From: Tubiluchus corallicola
Taxonomy: Eukaryota > Animalia > Priapulida
Direction of reading: 5' to 3'
NCBI GenBank assembly: GCA_030141605.1
Contig: JAQGDQ010001150.1
Coordinates: 1 to 59,350 of the forward strand
DNA length: 59,350 nt
Part shown: piece after piece, positions 25,437 through 39,289 of the stretch
Position numbering within the stretch: position 1 is the stretch's first letter
Layout: each line of letters opens with the position of its first letter
Made by a program: the position numbers and the translations under genes
Notes under the pieces: model-generated
The model's database searches: none
What the model was told of the DNA's origin: nothing
What the model saw: the letters and a program-made list of their open reading frames with translations, nothing else

Positions 25437-25531
25437 CGATGCACGGAGGTTTCTGGCACCACAATGTAGAAGCATGGAGACTAAGAAACAAATCTTTCTT
25501 CTTGTTTCTAAAATTTGAAGATATGATAACG
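25437..25531 (+). pseudogene. Orphan copy of sulfotransferase exon 5, within a duplicated block of about 25395-25910 matching about 50125-50645
   Basis: 95-nt open exon MHGGFWHHNVEAWRLRNKSFFLFLKFEDMIT with intact ag/gt sites; flanking intron nearly identical to that of gene C exon 5; lies downstream of the gene A stop and polyA signal. Confidence 0.8.
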
Positions 25532-25562
25532 GTATTTGGAGTTAGATCTTCGTCACGACATA

Positions 25563-26054
25563 CAGGGTTCCCACAGATTTTAAAATAAACTTCCCGGACT
25601 TTTCCCTGACCAAATATTGATTTTTCACGACCAAGATAAGCAGAAATTGCATTACCAGTATACATATTCAAACATTTTTATGTACGGACATTCATACATA
25701 TACTGATATATAATGTGTCGACACAGTTGCAGTAGTGCTAACGACATTACACTAATCACATTAAATAACCTTTCCTAATCCAGTCATTATTTTTGGAACA
25801 GAAATTGAAACTGGGAGCCTGTCATAGCAAAATGTTATTTGAACACGAATCGTTGAAAAATATGTCTGGAAAAATATCGACTCACTGTGATTATTTTTCC
25901 AACCCTTTCCAGTTTTCGTGACTTTTCGTCCCATTTTCATCATTTTCCCTGACTTTTTACCTAACTATCTTTTTCACTGATTTTTCAATCATGTTCCAAG
26001 ATAGTCTGTATTTCCAAGGATTTTTCAGGATTTTTCCTGATCGTGGGAACCCTG
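25563..26054. mobile_element. MITE with CAGGGTTCCCAC TIRs
   Basis: CAGGGTTCCCAC...GTGGGAACCCTG termini; truncated copy at the homologous site about 50292-50685 and a 5' fragment at about 25346-25393. Confidence 0.7.
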
Positions 26055-29000
26055 CCTATATTCAGCATTCCCGTGTTTTGCCACCCGAGTTGCTGGTTCG
26101 AATTCTCAGTAGCAAGCACACACAATCCATTGATATGTCTGCATTGAACATTTAGACCTGTGGGCTAGCCAGGGTAATTGTTCAGCTGTATTTTAGTATA
26201 TTGCTATTTCAGTATTGATAATAATCATGTTATTTGATTCTGTGATTGTACCTGCTAGTATAGTTATTATAATATAATTCTTCGTGACTTGTTAATGATT
26301 GTGTTGTTTGATTCTCTTATTGAAAAAGCTAACAGGCTTAATAATTGTGGGCAAAGTTTAATTCAGTACCAGCTCTCCCACCTATTTCGTTGCCCAAATT
26401 GGAATTTTCCAATATGGAAAAATTTTCGATAACAGAAGCGTCTCGAACGCGTTTGCAAAAGCGAAAATTAAAATATGCTGCTATTATGTGAAACTGGTAA
26501 CGAAGACATAAAATTGTGATAAATTTTAAGTTCAAAATTTCTAATTGCAAGTTTACTATTGTGTAACACATGATTTTACGTGAGTCACATTTACGCACAA
26601 TCCCATGTCATTTTAAAGCACAAGAAAACCCTCCACTTACATAAAGCTTAAAAAATTCCTCTTGTAACTTCATACTACTTACATGCTACCTTTTTGCATG
26701 CAGGGCTTGTGTCGGCAGTAACGCTGTTTAAAACTTGTCGATTTAAACAACCGCGATGACCGTTAGACGCAGCCATTTTATTGGTAGGCCGTTTGAAACA
26801 AGTTTAGATGACATAGCGTGAAGTTTGAAAAAATAATCAGAGCATTCGTAGCTCCTAACTAAATAAAATTTTAAATTACTGTATCTTGTCAATAAGATTA
26901 AAAATACGCTTTTGGTTAGTGAGTGGCGCACCCTCGAGAGTGAGTCAACGACATTTTACCAAGTATCACGTCACGTAATGACGCCGTCGGAACGGTACTG
27001 CGGGAGATTGAAAATGAAAACAAACAAAAATCCTTTCAACGCGATTACGATATATGCATAAGATTGCTGTAAAGTAATATAATTTTTAATTTACTTCTGG
27101 TACCCCATTTCTTGCCATTTTAAATATAAATGAGTCTAACAGCGTACATAAAGGAGGAATTAAACAAATGAGGGGCTTCCGGTGGTAACAATTTGTAACG
27201 CAAATCACTCTTCGAAATTTTCTCCACTTTTACCTCAGAGTATTTTAAGCTATTTTGAAAATTATTATCACCCCGAAATAATTTAACATATGTCTACGTT
27301 AATAATTCATAAATTAATTTTTTATATTACTATTTTTTACTAATAATAGCACTGTAACTGTAATTTTTGTAATTTATTATCACTTCAACATGTATTTTTA
27401 CATTACAATTTGCATTATTATCTTTATAACTATTATGCCCTATAACTAGAAAATGAAATATAGTTACAATAATTGTAACAGAACTACATTAGTATACTAT
27501 AGCATGATATAGTTAGGGAAAAAATTACAAATATGATTACAAAAATCTAACAGAAGTGTACCAACATAGTTACTAAACTACATAATAGTTTATCAACAAG
27601 AAATAGATGCTGCATGGTGGTCAAGAAGCAAAGTTTGTAAGACCACCATGAAAAGTGAAAAAAAATTACAAGAGAGAATTATAGAAAAACAGGGAGTAGT
27701 TAAGATAAAATAATAGACAGAGATAGAGAAAAAGAAATGAATTAGGAAGAAGTTAGGATAATAGTAACAGGATAATAGATAAGAATTGTGGATAATAAAT
27801 CAGATCACCCAGCCCAGTGTAAAGCGGTCACCCAGCTATTGTTTACTCTTTATCGATTTGCTAGTCCTGGTACACATGTGCACGCCATGCATGCAGCTAT
27901 TGTTTACTCTCTATCGATTTGCTAGTCCTGGTACACACGTGGTGCACGCCATGCAGGCCAGTCATGTTTCGCTGAGTGAGACTCACTGAATGTCTGAGGG
28001 AACGTTCAGCGCGTTGCAGTCGAAAGAACTGTACATTTTACATCTCATTGCGTTTCTGTATCTGTGCTAATTTATTCACTCAACCTTTGGACTTGCTGCT
28101 ATAATTATTTGAGAAGAGACCGTGTGGCATTCTAACGCGGAAGGTAAGGTTTAAATTAAATAAACGCGCGTTTCGCAGCAGTTCGGATAGCATAATGCTT
28201 CAGTTACACTGTAGCTTTTACGTCAGCGAGTTTCGGTTCCACCTTAAAGGCCACATTTAGGAAGCATAAAACGACTAAATATCTGTCTATGTATATGTAT
28301 ATAAACAAAACCACAGTAGCTATACAATTTCTCTATAAGCAAACGAGGAGAAAATAAATTGATGGAATTGGATTTTGAACCGAGCATTACGTCTATAAAT
28401 CTGTCCTTGGGACAGTTGCTGAGTCTGGGAAAACACTAATCCCTCTTACAAACAACCTGAGCATCAGTGCCTGTAAACAATTGGGAACATTTGTCCTTGG
28501 GAACAATTGTTCAGTCTGTGTAAACACTATTCCGTCTTATGAACAACCTGAACACTTTAGACGTAGTGTGGATGCGCATCGTGTAGCACTGAGTCCAAAA
28601 CTTACAAAAGGTGAGTAAAATATGTAGATACCCGACAAAAACTCTGACTTTACTTAAATGTTCAAAAAATGTTCACAATCAACCAATCGTATGTTGTGTA
28701 CAATCTCAAGTCGGCAAGTAGCATCTCAAGCGGGCGCAAGTACTACATTTCGTTTTTGGTGTGTATTCATCCGCCGAATAGATACACTATTTACTGTAAA
28801 TGGTAATTTTTTTATGATTTATAATATTCTTTTAATGTAAGAATTGATATTTTTAATATATTTTTATACATTTTGTGATTCTTTATGCAAAATTCATCAA
28901 ATCTATACATCACTGTACAAATGGTTGATAAAATTAAACATATACATGCGATTGCAAATCGATGCACAGCATTGCGCACTTAATTTATGAAAGGTTCGCT

Positions 29001-29727
29001 AGATGGCAGGAAGAGTGCAGTGAAGTCACGTGTTTTCTAGTCTAGCAACAACCTAAGCAGCAGGCGCATATATTTACATAAACAATGGAACTGGCTAAAG
29101 CATTGTTTGCAGTCGCGTGTATTTATTATTATGCTACTTTCAACAAAATCAGTGTTTAAATATTAAAAAACAGCCAAAATTAACCAAGACAAAAGTTTGC
29201 ACAATGCAACATGAGAGCGATGAAAAACAATATACAGAGATTACCAATGAGTCCCTATGCTGGTGGGGCCCCAGGCAACTGCCCACGAGTCCCCGAATCT
29301 ACAGGAAAACACCCCCAAATCTACAGGAAAATGCCCCCCAAATCTACGGGAAAAGGCCCCCTAATCTACAGAAAAACGCCCCCGAATCAACAGGAAAACA
29401 TTGAAAAATTGCTACCACGATGCGTGTAGTTTTACATTAGTACTTAAGCTGCACTTAAGCAGTCTTGAAGTTCCACCCTAAAGGAATTCAGTAAAAAAAC
29501 AGAAATGAAATAGTCCCCGAACATGTTTGAAATTCCTCTCTTGTCGAGGTATTTTGCTCAAAACTGTCTTCACATTAGACGAACCGACACAAATATGGAG
29601 CAATCAAGTTACAACATGACTTGTGGTGATTTTGTAACCCTTTCTCTTCATTCATAAAGCGGAAAACTGCTCACTAATTGCAGGTTATGATTGTTCATAG
29701 ATGTATGCTAACAATTTTCAGAAAACG

Positions 29728-32700
29728 ATGGACACGTGGCTGGACAAGCGCACCGTCCTGATTGGTGTGGGACTCGCAACAGCGGCCGGTGTCGGCGTGT
29801 ATGCCTTTAGCAAGCTAAGACAGAGGAAGAATACGCACGCACACTTGGTCTTGAAATGGAGACTGCCTGGTCGGCCTCAGCCTAGAGGCGACCTCTACGA
29901 GGTGCCTGGTACAGGTAAACAAATTTTGCGACTTGCAGGTTGTTGTGCAGATCTGGAATATTCTATAGTTAGGTAGAACAATCTTCTTACCTTGTAGAAG
30001 ATTCGAGAACTTTCTATACGCGATGCGCGTAGTAGTTTCTAGATTGTTCCTTTGCACTGATATATAAGTCGGAGCTGGCCGCTTGAGTGAGTTTATTCTC
30101 GTATTCTCAGATACGCTTTCTCGCTTTCACGTTTCCAGATTATCACATTTACTGTAAACATTTCACGTTCCTTAATACTTTTGTGTTGTAGAATTCTCGC
30201 ATAATAAACTACTTTAATTTGACGACGTATTTTCTGGTTTTCTCTACGAGCCTTCCGAGAGAAACAAAACACAACACAGGTGCAATAAATTGGCTACTGG
30301 CTTATTGATTAACTGGCCCATTAATCCTTTTTACTATCTTTATGTTGTTATATTACTAATCGTGTAAATATTCTTGACTGATAACACTTTGTTAACGAAA
30401 TACTTAAAGTATGTTCGAAATAAAAAATGATGTTAATAAGTAAGCCTTTATAACACAGACTATCCAACAGTAACACATGCATTCAGTAATAAGCACTCGT
30501 GCGGTTTAACTTTTAAAGATTTTCGACTCACAAATAAAAAGCGGTCTTCCAAAGATCTTGCATATTGCTTGATTTTGTCCTGCAGTAAAAACGCTAATAA
30601 TTTGTTTAAAAATTGTGCGCAGAAATCGCAAGAAATTTGGTTCATTTTGTATGACGTTTCAGACATTTAATGGCAAAGAACGTATGTAGTTGTGAATTGG
30701 TGAATTATTCGAATCCGTCATTTTAGGCTCAAATCAAATTCGAGCTTAAAAAACCCTGATGACTATTAATCGTAAAAAGAAATTGAACCCCTAGTGACTA
30801 ACACACAACAAATGAACAGTAAATTAAAACGAAAGTGTTAAGTCAGTCTTAAACGTTTGCCAAAATTGGTATCATCATTAATGAAAGGCAGTGGCGGCTC
30901 GTGTACAGGTACAGTGGAACTGCAGCACCCCATATTTTCACTCGATATTATCGATAATAGCCAATATAATAAGTCGTTTTTGATTAATTTTTTCTCTATA
31001 TATACTTGTACGGTCCAGAGCACGTGAGGGTAGTACTGTTTGCCTCACAGTGCAGGACAGTGGTGTGTTCGAGTTATCATGTGCTTAAAAGTCGTGTACC
31101 GGCACATTCTAGAGCGAAAATTTAGGCTAGCAGTATTTTTCGTTTAGGATTTTATCAAGTTTATGTATAAATTTTCGTATGTCTATTCGTTCAAGATTAC
31201 AATTACAAATTACAACATTAAAATTACACATGTTTGTTTCATTTTACACAGTATTAAAACAATGGCTAAAAATTTTCTGAAGCAGCATATATGATTGTCC
31301 ATCAAGCCCATAGCACATGAGGGTAGAACTGTTTCCTTCACAGCCCAGCACAGTGTGTTCACAGCTTAAGCTACGTGTCTGAGATAATACAATGTATGGT
31401 GTACTACTAGCGTCTGCTGCTAGGTAGATAAGTACTGCCACTCACACAGTTTGCTGTTTCCTTCACAGCCCAGCACAGTGTGTTCACCGTCTGAGATAAT
31501 ACAATGTACGCTGTACTACTAGCGTCTGCTGCTAGGTAGAGAAAGTACTGCCACTCACACAGTGTGCTGTTAGTTGTCACGTGCTTAAAAGCCGTGTGTA
31601 CCAGCATATTGTTGAACTGCGGCAATTTAGGCTATCAGTAAGCAAAGAATATTTTTTGTTTAGGGTATTATCATGTCTATGTATCTTTTGTATGTTTGTT
31701 TGTTTAAAATTATGATAACAATATTAAAATTACGTGTGTTTGTTTCACTTTACACAGTATTAAAACATTGGGTAAAAAATTTCCCAGTAATTTTTGCCAC
31801 GAGCCGCCACCGACGAAAGAACCAAAATATTTGCTTTTATAAATTCTTGAACTGTATAATAACCTTTTCAGATTACTGGATGGGAGCAGCGTATTTTGAT
31901 AAGAAGGAAAAGATAGAAAATTTAGAAATTTATGAAGATGACGTATGGGTGGACACGTATCCAAAAGCAGGTATTGATTTTTTCATAATTACAATTGATA
32001 AGTTCAATGCAACACTGATTCCTTGAACATTGCATCACATCCCCTGCCCAAGACAAACAATGTTTGCTGAATTGCTAAATAATAATTATGACTTTTTTGT
32101 CTTCTATAGAATTCGGCTTTTTTGAGAGGGAGGAGAGGGAGCGAGAGAGAGAGAGAGACAGAGAGAGAGGGGGGAGAGAGAGAGCGAGAGAGAGAGTGAG
32201 TGAGAGAAAGAGAGTGAGTGAGAGAGAGTGAGTGAGAGTGAGAGAGAGTGAGGTGAGAGAGAGAGTGAGGTGAGAGAGAGAGACTGAGGTGAGAGTGAGA
32301 GAGAGAAAGAGTGAGAGAGACAGGGAGAGAGACAGGGAGAGAGTGAGAGAGACAGAGAGAGAGAGAGTGAGAGAGAGAGACAGAGAGAGAGAAAGAGACA
32401 GGGAGAGAGTGAGACAGACAGAGAGAGAGAGACAGCTGTTGTATTTATTATGAGACGTATACTGTATCTTCGACTTGCTTGCTGATCTCTGCCAGATTTC
32501 ACGGCATTATTGCTAACCAGATATATAGTACCTGGTATATATAACCAGATATGAAACACCATCACACCAGTATGATAACATACACACTCATTCAGAATTT
32601 ATATATCCACGGCCATATTAGTTGAATCATAATTTTTAATATTTGTGAATAGTTGTAAATGTGTTATATTTTCATTCGTCATTACTGTTACTGCACAGTA

Positions 32701-35700
32701 GTTTGGATTGCGCTGCTGCATTTGCCTTTAGCAATGTAAGTTTTTATTAACTAACACTGATTGATCATCTCTGTAAAGTTTTTATTCAGTGATTATCAAT
32801 GTATTTTAATGGCAAATAAATGCGGTTCGACTTGAATTCGAAAGTCACAGATTCTATTTGATTCGATTCGAATTCGCTTTCTGATAGAGAATGGTCACCC
32901 CCTACATGTTGCTTATGTCGAAGTGCATGTATGCTGAAAAGTTGGAAATAAAAGCGAACTGAATTAAACACCTCAAACTGTAATGTAGGCACGACGTGGA
33001 CAGAAGAGATCGTGTGGCTGGTTTGCAACGACGCCGATACGGAAGCTGCTAAGAAAACCGTGCTAATCGACCGTTTCCGGTTCATAGACGCGCCTTACAG
33101 GGACAACACGAAACGAGTCGTGGACATGCCTAGACCGAGGTTCATCAAATCACATTTACCGATCGGTTTGCTGCCAAAACAGTTCATGCAGGTGAAGCCA
33201 AAGGTACGTTTCACGAATTGATAACATGCTAGGAAGCCAAGTGGAAAAAAGTGCAACGCGAAAGATAAGACGATGTCATCATTGCGTAAGCACATTTCAA
33301 CTTAACAGAAAAGCCACAGTAAATAAGATGACATTATGCAGTGGAGCTGTCGCTGACTTACACCATTGTTATTGTCACCATCGCCGTTCTCGTCCTTATA
33401 ATTTGAAGAAAAATGTAACTGTCTCGTTGTGACGACATAACTGTCTTGTCATAATGACTTATTACTTCACTAGTTTGGTTAAGTTTGTTTTAGTTTTTGT
33501 TTGGTTTGGTTTGGTTTGGTTTGTTTTAGTTTTGGTTTGGTTTGTTTTAGTTTTTGTTTGGTTTGGTTTTGTTTTTGTTTGGTTTGTTTTAGTTTTAGTA
33601 TTAGTTTTAGTTTTAGTTTTTTGGTTTGGTTTGGTTTGTTTTAGTTTTAGTATTAGTTTTGGTTTGGTTTGGTTTGGTTTGTTTTAGTTTTAGTTTTAGT
33701 TTTTTTTGGTTTGGTTTGTTTTAGTTTTAGTTTTTTTTGGTTTGGTTTGGTTTGTTTTAGTTTTAGTATTTGTTTTAGTTTTAGTTTTTTGGTTTGGTTT
33801 GGTTTGTTTTAGTTTTAGTATTAGTATTAGTTTTAGTTTTTGTTTGGTTTGGTTTGGTTTGGTTTGTTTTAGTTTTAGTTTTAGTTTTTTTTGGTTTGGT
33901 TTGTTTTAGTTTTAGTTTTTTTTGGTTTGGTTTGGTTTGTTTTAGTTTAGTTTTAGTTTTAGTTTTAGTTTTAGTTTTAGTTTTAGTTTTAGTTTTAGGT
34001 TAGGTTAGGTTAGGTTAGGTTAGGTTAGGTTAGGTTAGGTTAGGTTAGGTTAGGTTAGGTTAGTTTAGGTTAGTTTAGGTTAGTTTAGTTTAGTTTAGTT
34101 TAGTTTAGCTTATAACGAGATACTACCTGATTTTTCTAAGATAATTTTCTAAGACAACGTATATTGTTCATTATGGCTTGTAAGCATTGTTAGCATTATT
34201 GCTGCAAACGTGTTTAATTCTGCGAAAGCACTACCGACAATAATGTACATTTTTAAGCCCGTTCTACTTCCAAAAATGTTGAAACTCAGAACGGCACTGA
34301 CCACAATTTCACCTGCTCTAAACAGTTAATTACTTTACTATGATGCTAAGACAAGTAGAGAGTTTTAGTTTAAACAGTTGCCGCTTTAGTTTTAGTTTAA
34401 ACAGTTGCCGCAAGTTCTGTCATTCTTCACATTAGTTCACCAGTCACTGTTCATTTCAGATGGTCTACACCACGCGTAGTTCACTGTTCATTGTTCATTT
34501 CAGATGGTCTATACCACGCGTAGTTTACTGTTCATTGTTCATTTCAGATGGTCTATACCACGCGTAGTTCACCAGTCACTGTTCATTTCAGATGGTCTAT
34601 ACCACGCGTAGTTCACTGTTCATTGTTCATTTCAGATGGTCTATACCACGCGTAGTTCACTGTTCATTGTTCATTTCAGATGGTCTATACCACGCGTAGT
34701 TCACTGTTCATTGTTCATTTCAGATGGTCTACACCACGCGTAGTTCACTGTTCATTGTTCATTTCAGATGGTCTATACCACGCGTAGTTCACTGTTCATT
34801 GTTCATTTCAGATGGTCTACACCACGCGTAGTTCACTGTTCATTGTTCATTTCAGATGGTCTATACCACGCGTAGTTCACTGTTCATTGTTCATTTCAGA
34901 TGGTCTATACCACGCGTAGTTCACTGTTCACTGTTCATTTCAGATGGTCTATACCACGCGTAGTTCACTGTTCATTGTTCATTTCAGATGGTCTATACCA
35001 CGCGTAGTTCACTGTTCATTGTTCATTTCAGATGGTCTATACCACGCGTAGTTCACTGTTCATTGTTCATTTCAGATGGTCTACACCACGCGTAGTTCAC
35101 TGTTCATTGTTCATTTCAGATGGTCTATACCACGCGTAGTTCACTGTTCATTGTTCATTTCAGATGGTCTATACCACGCGTAGTTCACTGTTCATTGTTC
35201 ATTTCAGATGGTCTACACCACGCGTAGTTCACTGTTCATTGTTCATTTCAGATGGTCTATACCACGCGTAGTTCACTGTTCATTGTTCATTTCAGATGGT
35301 CTACACCACGCGTAGTTCACTGTTCATTGTTCATTTCAGATGGTCTACACCACGCGCAATCCAAAAGACACCATATCTTCACTTTACTACTTTCTCAGGA
35401 TGTTTTCCTCCACGGATAAAAGCAAATTGACACTAGCAGCTTTCTTCCAGGGCGAGATTGACCACGGTAAACTTTCATGTTAGCTTTAAGGTCAAAGGTT
35501 ACGTGTGCCAAACATTTGTGTACACTTGACAACGCCTCGCAGCCCATGCTATTGTAATAGTAACAATTTCAACAGCTAGCTAGAATCTTACCTAGCTCAT
35601 TCAACTGAAGTTACTGAACTGATGCAGCAGATGGCTTTGCTTTACCCACACGTCACATGACCATTGTAGTTAAGCAACATGCGTTGCTGGGGTTCACTTA

Positions 35701-38700
35701 ACCTTTGAACCTACAGCAAGTGTGCACAACCCGAGTCTAGCAGTAAAATTCAATATTAATAAATAAAACTTTTAAAGCACGGCGTGGCAGGACCAGGATC
35801 AAGCACTCAACAATATCATGCTGATCCTTGTAGCAGGACCGGAATCTATCTTATTAGCAATTATCAACGACAACTGTCTGAGATGAGACTGCTCAGAAAG
35901 AGATACAGTAAACTATGTATAACTTGAGTTGTGCGAAAGTACGAGTTAGACCAGGGGTGTGCAAATTATCTGATTAGCCGGGCCACATTAAACTTTCCCG
36001 CAATTCCTGCGGGCCACATGCAGTTTGGTCAAGGAGCCAAGTACAGAAAGGCCTAATAACGATTGTTTTGCATCCGACCCGCATACATCATTACTACTAC
36101 ACTCAAGAAACTATTTTAGAAGTTATTAAAATTTATATTACAAACCACATATTTCTACTTTCAGGACAGATAGTGGTAATTTCATTACAATGCATATTAG
36201 TAATGTGTATCACACAGTCTGTGTAGTACAGTGACATCAAGCTACAACCGTCTTGTAAGGGTTAATGGCATCCGATCTAGTAGAAAAAACTACCCGCACT
36301 ATCTTTGGGATCGTGGCACGGACTTCAGCTGGATACACTCAATTAATCGCCCGGGCCGCACTTTCATTAGGTTGACAAATCTCTTCGTGGGCCACACAAA
36401 TTCTCTCGGCGGGCCGCAATTTGCACATCCCTGAGTTAGACAATGTTCATAAGCAAACAAGACTGAGTCACTTATCAACACCGGACGATACACTAGTAAT
36501 ACTGCAGCCTGTGAAAATGACAAACTGGGCCTTTGATCAAATATTAAACAACAATTTCTGTCAATAATCAAAAATAAAATAACTGGTCCACCTCTACTGT
36601 AACATATAGCAATAATAATATTGTGATCTACATTAAACCACGTTCATTAACCCATAATAATAATAATAATAATCTTTATTTAAAGTCGGCTTTTGGGTGA
36701 ACAATTAACATTAGCTCAAAGAGCTATTATCGCCGACTGTAAATAACAACCTACAACTGCATAACAGAGAGTATTATTACCCCACTTTTACCCTAAATAC
36801 CAGGCTTCAGGCAGGGCAAAGCAGGTACCATTTTTAAAAGCTTTGATATGACCTGCCCGCTGGTTCGAACTCACGACTTCCCAGACGGAAAGCAGACGCG
36901 TTACCACTAGACTAAACCGTCTGGTCTAAACCATGCTGTGTGCAGTGCTCTGCTAAGGTAATACAAGAAATCTTAGCATTTTTGCTGAAGCTAGCAGTTA
37001 AAATTGTAAAGTGGTGCACGCTTTTGCTAAGGATTTCTAGGTTGGGAGGCTGTTCAAGATAGGTAGTGTAATTTCAATCAGATTCTTAAGAACCGTGCCG
37101 GAAATGTGAGATTCGAGTTATGAGATGTTTACTAAAGGAAAAAACGAAAAGGAAGATCTGTTCGAAGTATGCAAGATTTCGGGTTATATCAGCGCGAGTT
37201 ATACATAATTTACTGCGATCCATTTATTTGTTAGCCAAACCCAACATTGCTTAACTGTGAGCGTTTGGATATTGTCATTACCCCAAGGCGAGCATTCTAG
37301 TCTTTTTGATTCAGCAAAGACATAGCTACCTATTTGCTTATGTCATTACAGCATCCTCTAATAATGTCACTCTACCCTCACGTGCTCTGGTTCCGAGCAA
37401 GTATGAAGAAAGAACTAAAGAAAAAACTTATTATGTTGAACATATTAACTAACTTAGCTTAGTGTAAAAACTAAATCAAACTGGCTTCATCTGCTAAAGG
37501 CTTCGCGTCATCAACAGGAGAACAACACTAGCTACTACGCTGTCATCTAACTAGCAAAATAAGAGTTTTAGTGCTATCCCAGGCACTGTGCATAAATGAC
37601 ATACCACTGGGTTAATCCAGCATTTACGGGATTACATAGCAGTGCCAGTTGCACGATTATATCTGGAGTAAAGGGGTTAACAATCGGGCACTCGCAGCCC
37701 GATTATTATAATAACAGGTATTCATTTTGTCTTTGCAGCGATGCATGGAGGTTTCTGGCAGCACAACCTAGAAGCGTGGAGACTAAGAAATGAACCCTTC
37801 TTCTTGTTTCTAAAATTTGAAGACATGATACAGGTACATGAATTAGAATAATGATTAGAACACTTTTGAAAATTGATCTGTCACACTTTTTTCTAAAACC
37901 ACAAAGAAAGAAAGCCACTAATTTGAAGGAACGCGACGTATTTTCAGGATTTACCGAGGGAAGTTAGAAAGGTTGCAAAGTTTCTAAACAAGCCGCTCAC
38001 AGAAGAACAAATTCAACGAATTGCAGAGCACTGCAGTTTCAAGAACATGAAGGCGAACCCGGCTACGAATTTCTCGTGGGGAAAAGATGCAGGACTGTTT
38101 CGTAAAGAAGAGACGCCTCTCCGCAAAGGTAACAAAGCTTGAAAAGACTTACTATCTCCGGGGAAAAGATAGCTGGTGCACATAGGCTGAACATCAAGTC
38201 CAATAAGCTACAATCACATTAAACAATTTTGTTATCTTAAAGGAAAACCAGACGATTGTTTGGACTCAATCTCGTTTTAATTTACTGTCCAAAATATACA
38301 TTTTCTTGCCAATAAAAGTTAACAATTGTTCCTTTTGAATAATTAGCCCAGAAAGTTAATTAATGGCAACCGAACTCAGCTGTTCTGCTTACGTCAAAAA
38401 CTAACCACAGTTTGTGCAATGGCAGGCACCTTCTCTTGCGCGTCAAGCACGTTTGTGTAAGTGTTACAGTGCTGCTTAAATGCGTGATGTCACGAAAAAT
38501 GGGCTCTACATCATATGACATCAGAAACTTACACTGCAGTTCATGATCATGGTTATCACGGTACCGCCTTCTATTTGACGACCACGCGCATGTGACAAAA
38601 AGGCGCCCCCGCCAATCTTAGTAGATTCACTGAGCCGCGCGCAGCTTTGAAAGTTTAACAAAATTTGAATATCCGAGGTAATTATTATTTAATCTAAGCT

Positions 38701-38985
38701 TTGATTTAAAAAAGCTTTTGTAATTTTCAATATTTTAGAGAATTCTTTATTCTGAACTCGTGTTTACGCAATCATCAGGTTTTCCTTTAATTAGTAAAAA
38801 TCTCAATTAGCATGCTATGTTGCAAATTAAAATTATTATTCTGAACATATACTGTGCAATCGTGACATTTTTCAGGCAAGGTCGGAGACTGGAAAAACAC
38901 GCTAAGCGTAGAACAAAGCGAGATTATCGACAGCCTAACGGAAAGATGGCTGACACCGGAAGGACTGACGTTCGAATACGAGTAA
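29728..38985 (+). CDS. PAPS-dependent sulfotransferase B, about 337 aa; exons 29728-29914, 31872-31970, 32989-33203, 35340-35466, 37739-37833, 37948-38128, 38876-38985
   Basis: Exons 2-7 the same sizes as in gene A (99/215/127/95/181/110); TYPKAGTTW, IKSHLP, RNPKDTISS, PLRKGKVGDWK; no in-frame stops. Confidence 0.92.
30889..31812. mobile_element. hAT-like MITE
   Basis: TIRs CAGTGGCGGCTCGTG/CACGAGCCGCCACCG, degenerate 8-bp TSD atgaaagg/acgaaaga; partial copy about 40173-40450. Confidence 0.7.
33470..34108. repeat. Compound T-rich microsatellite (TTTGG/TTTTAG/TTAGG/TTTAG)
   Basis: Direct inspection; pure (TTAGG)n at about 33995-34060. Confidence 0.93.
34433..35356 (+). repeat. 44-bp splice-acceptor/exon-start tandem array, 21 copies
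   Basis: Unit tagttcactgttcattgttcatttcag|ATGGTCTAYACCACGCG; the last copy runs into sulfotransferase B exon 4. Confidence 0.95.
35952..36433. mobile_element. hAT (Charlie-like) MITE
   Basis: TIRs CAGGGGTGTGCAAATT/AATTTGCACATCCCTG with perfect 8-bp TSD agttagac. Confidence 0.9.
36654..36925 (-). mobile_element. tRNA-derived SINE
   Basis: Reverse complement of 7604-7870, with (AAT)n tail at the left end. Confidence 0.85.
38241..38786. mobile_element. Kolobok-like MITE
   Basis: TTAA on both sides; 18-bp TIRs AGGAAAACCAGACGATTG/CAATCATCAGGTTTTCCT (16/18 match). Confidence 0.75.
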
Positions 38986-39289
38986 CGTGGCGCTACAAGA
39001 GCGAAAATGAGTTGAAGGCTAGAACAAATTCAATATGGGAAACCTTATCCTCGACGCGCGAAAGAAGCATCTTTAGAAGTTCAAAAGTTACACAGTGTTC
39101 AGTATAGAAACGATGGCTCAGTTGATCGTGCAACCACTTGTACGCGAGGACGATGTGATCATCAAAATGTAAGAGAGGAGAGAAAGAGATTACCTCGCGT
39201 GCTTGAACACATGCAGGAGATAATTAAAAATACCAGAATAACAAACAGGCTGAAAAAAGTGAATAAGATCTGGAACAGGCCGTGGGTGG

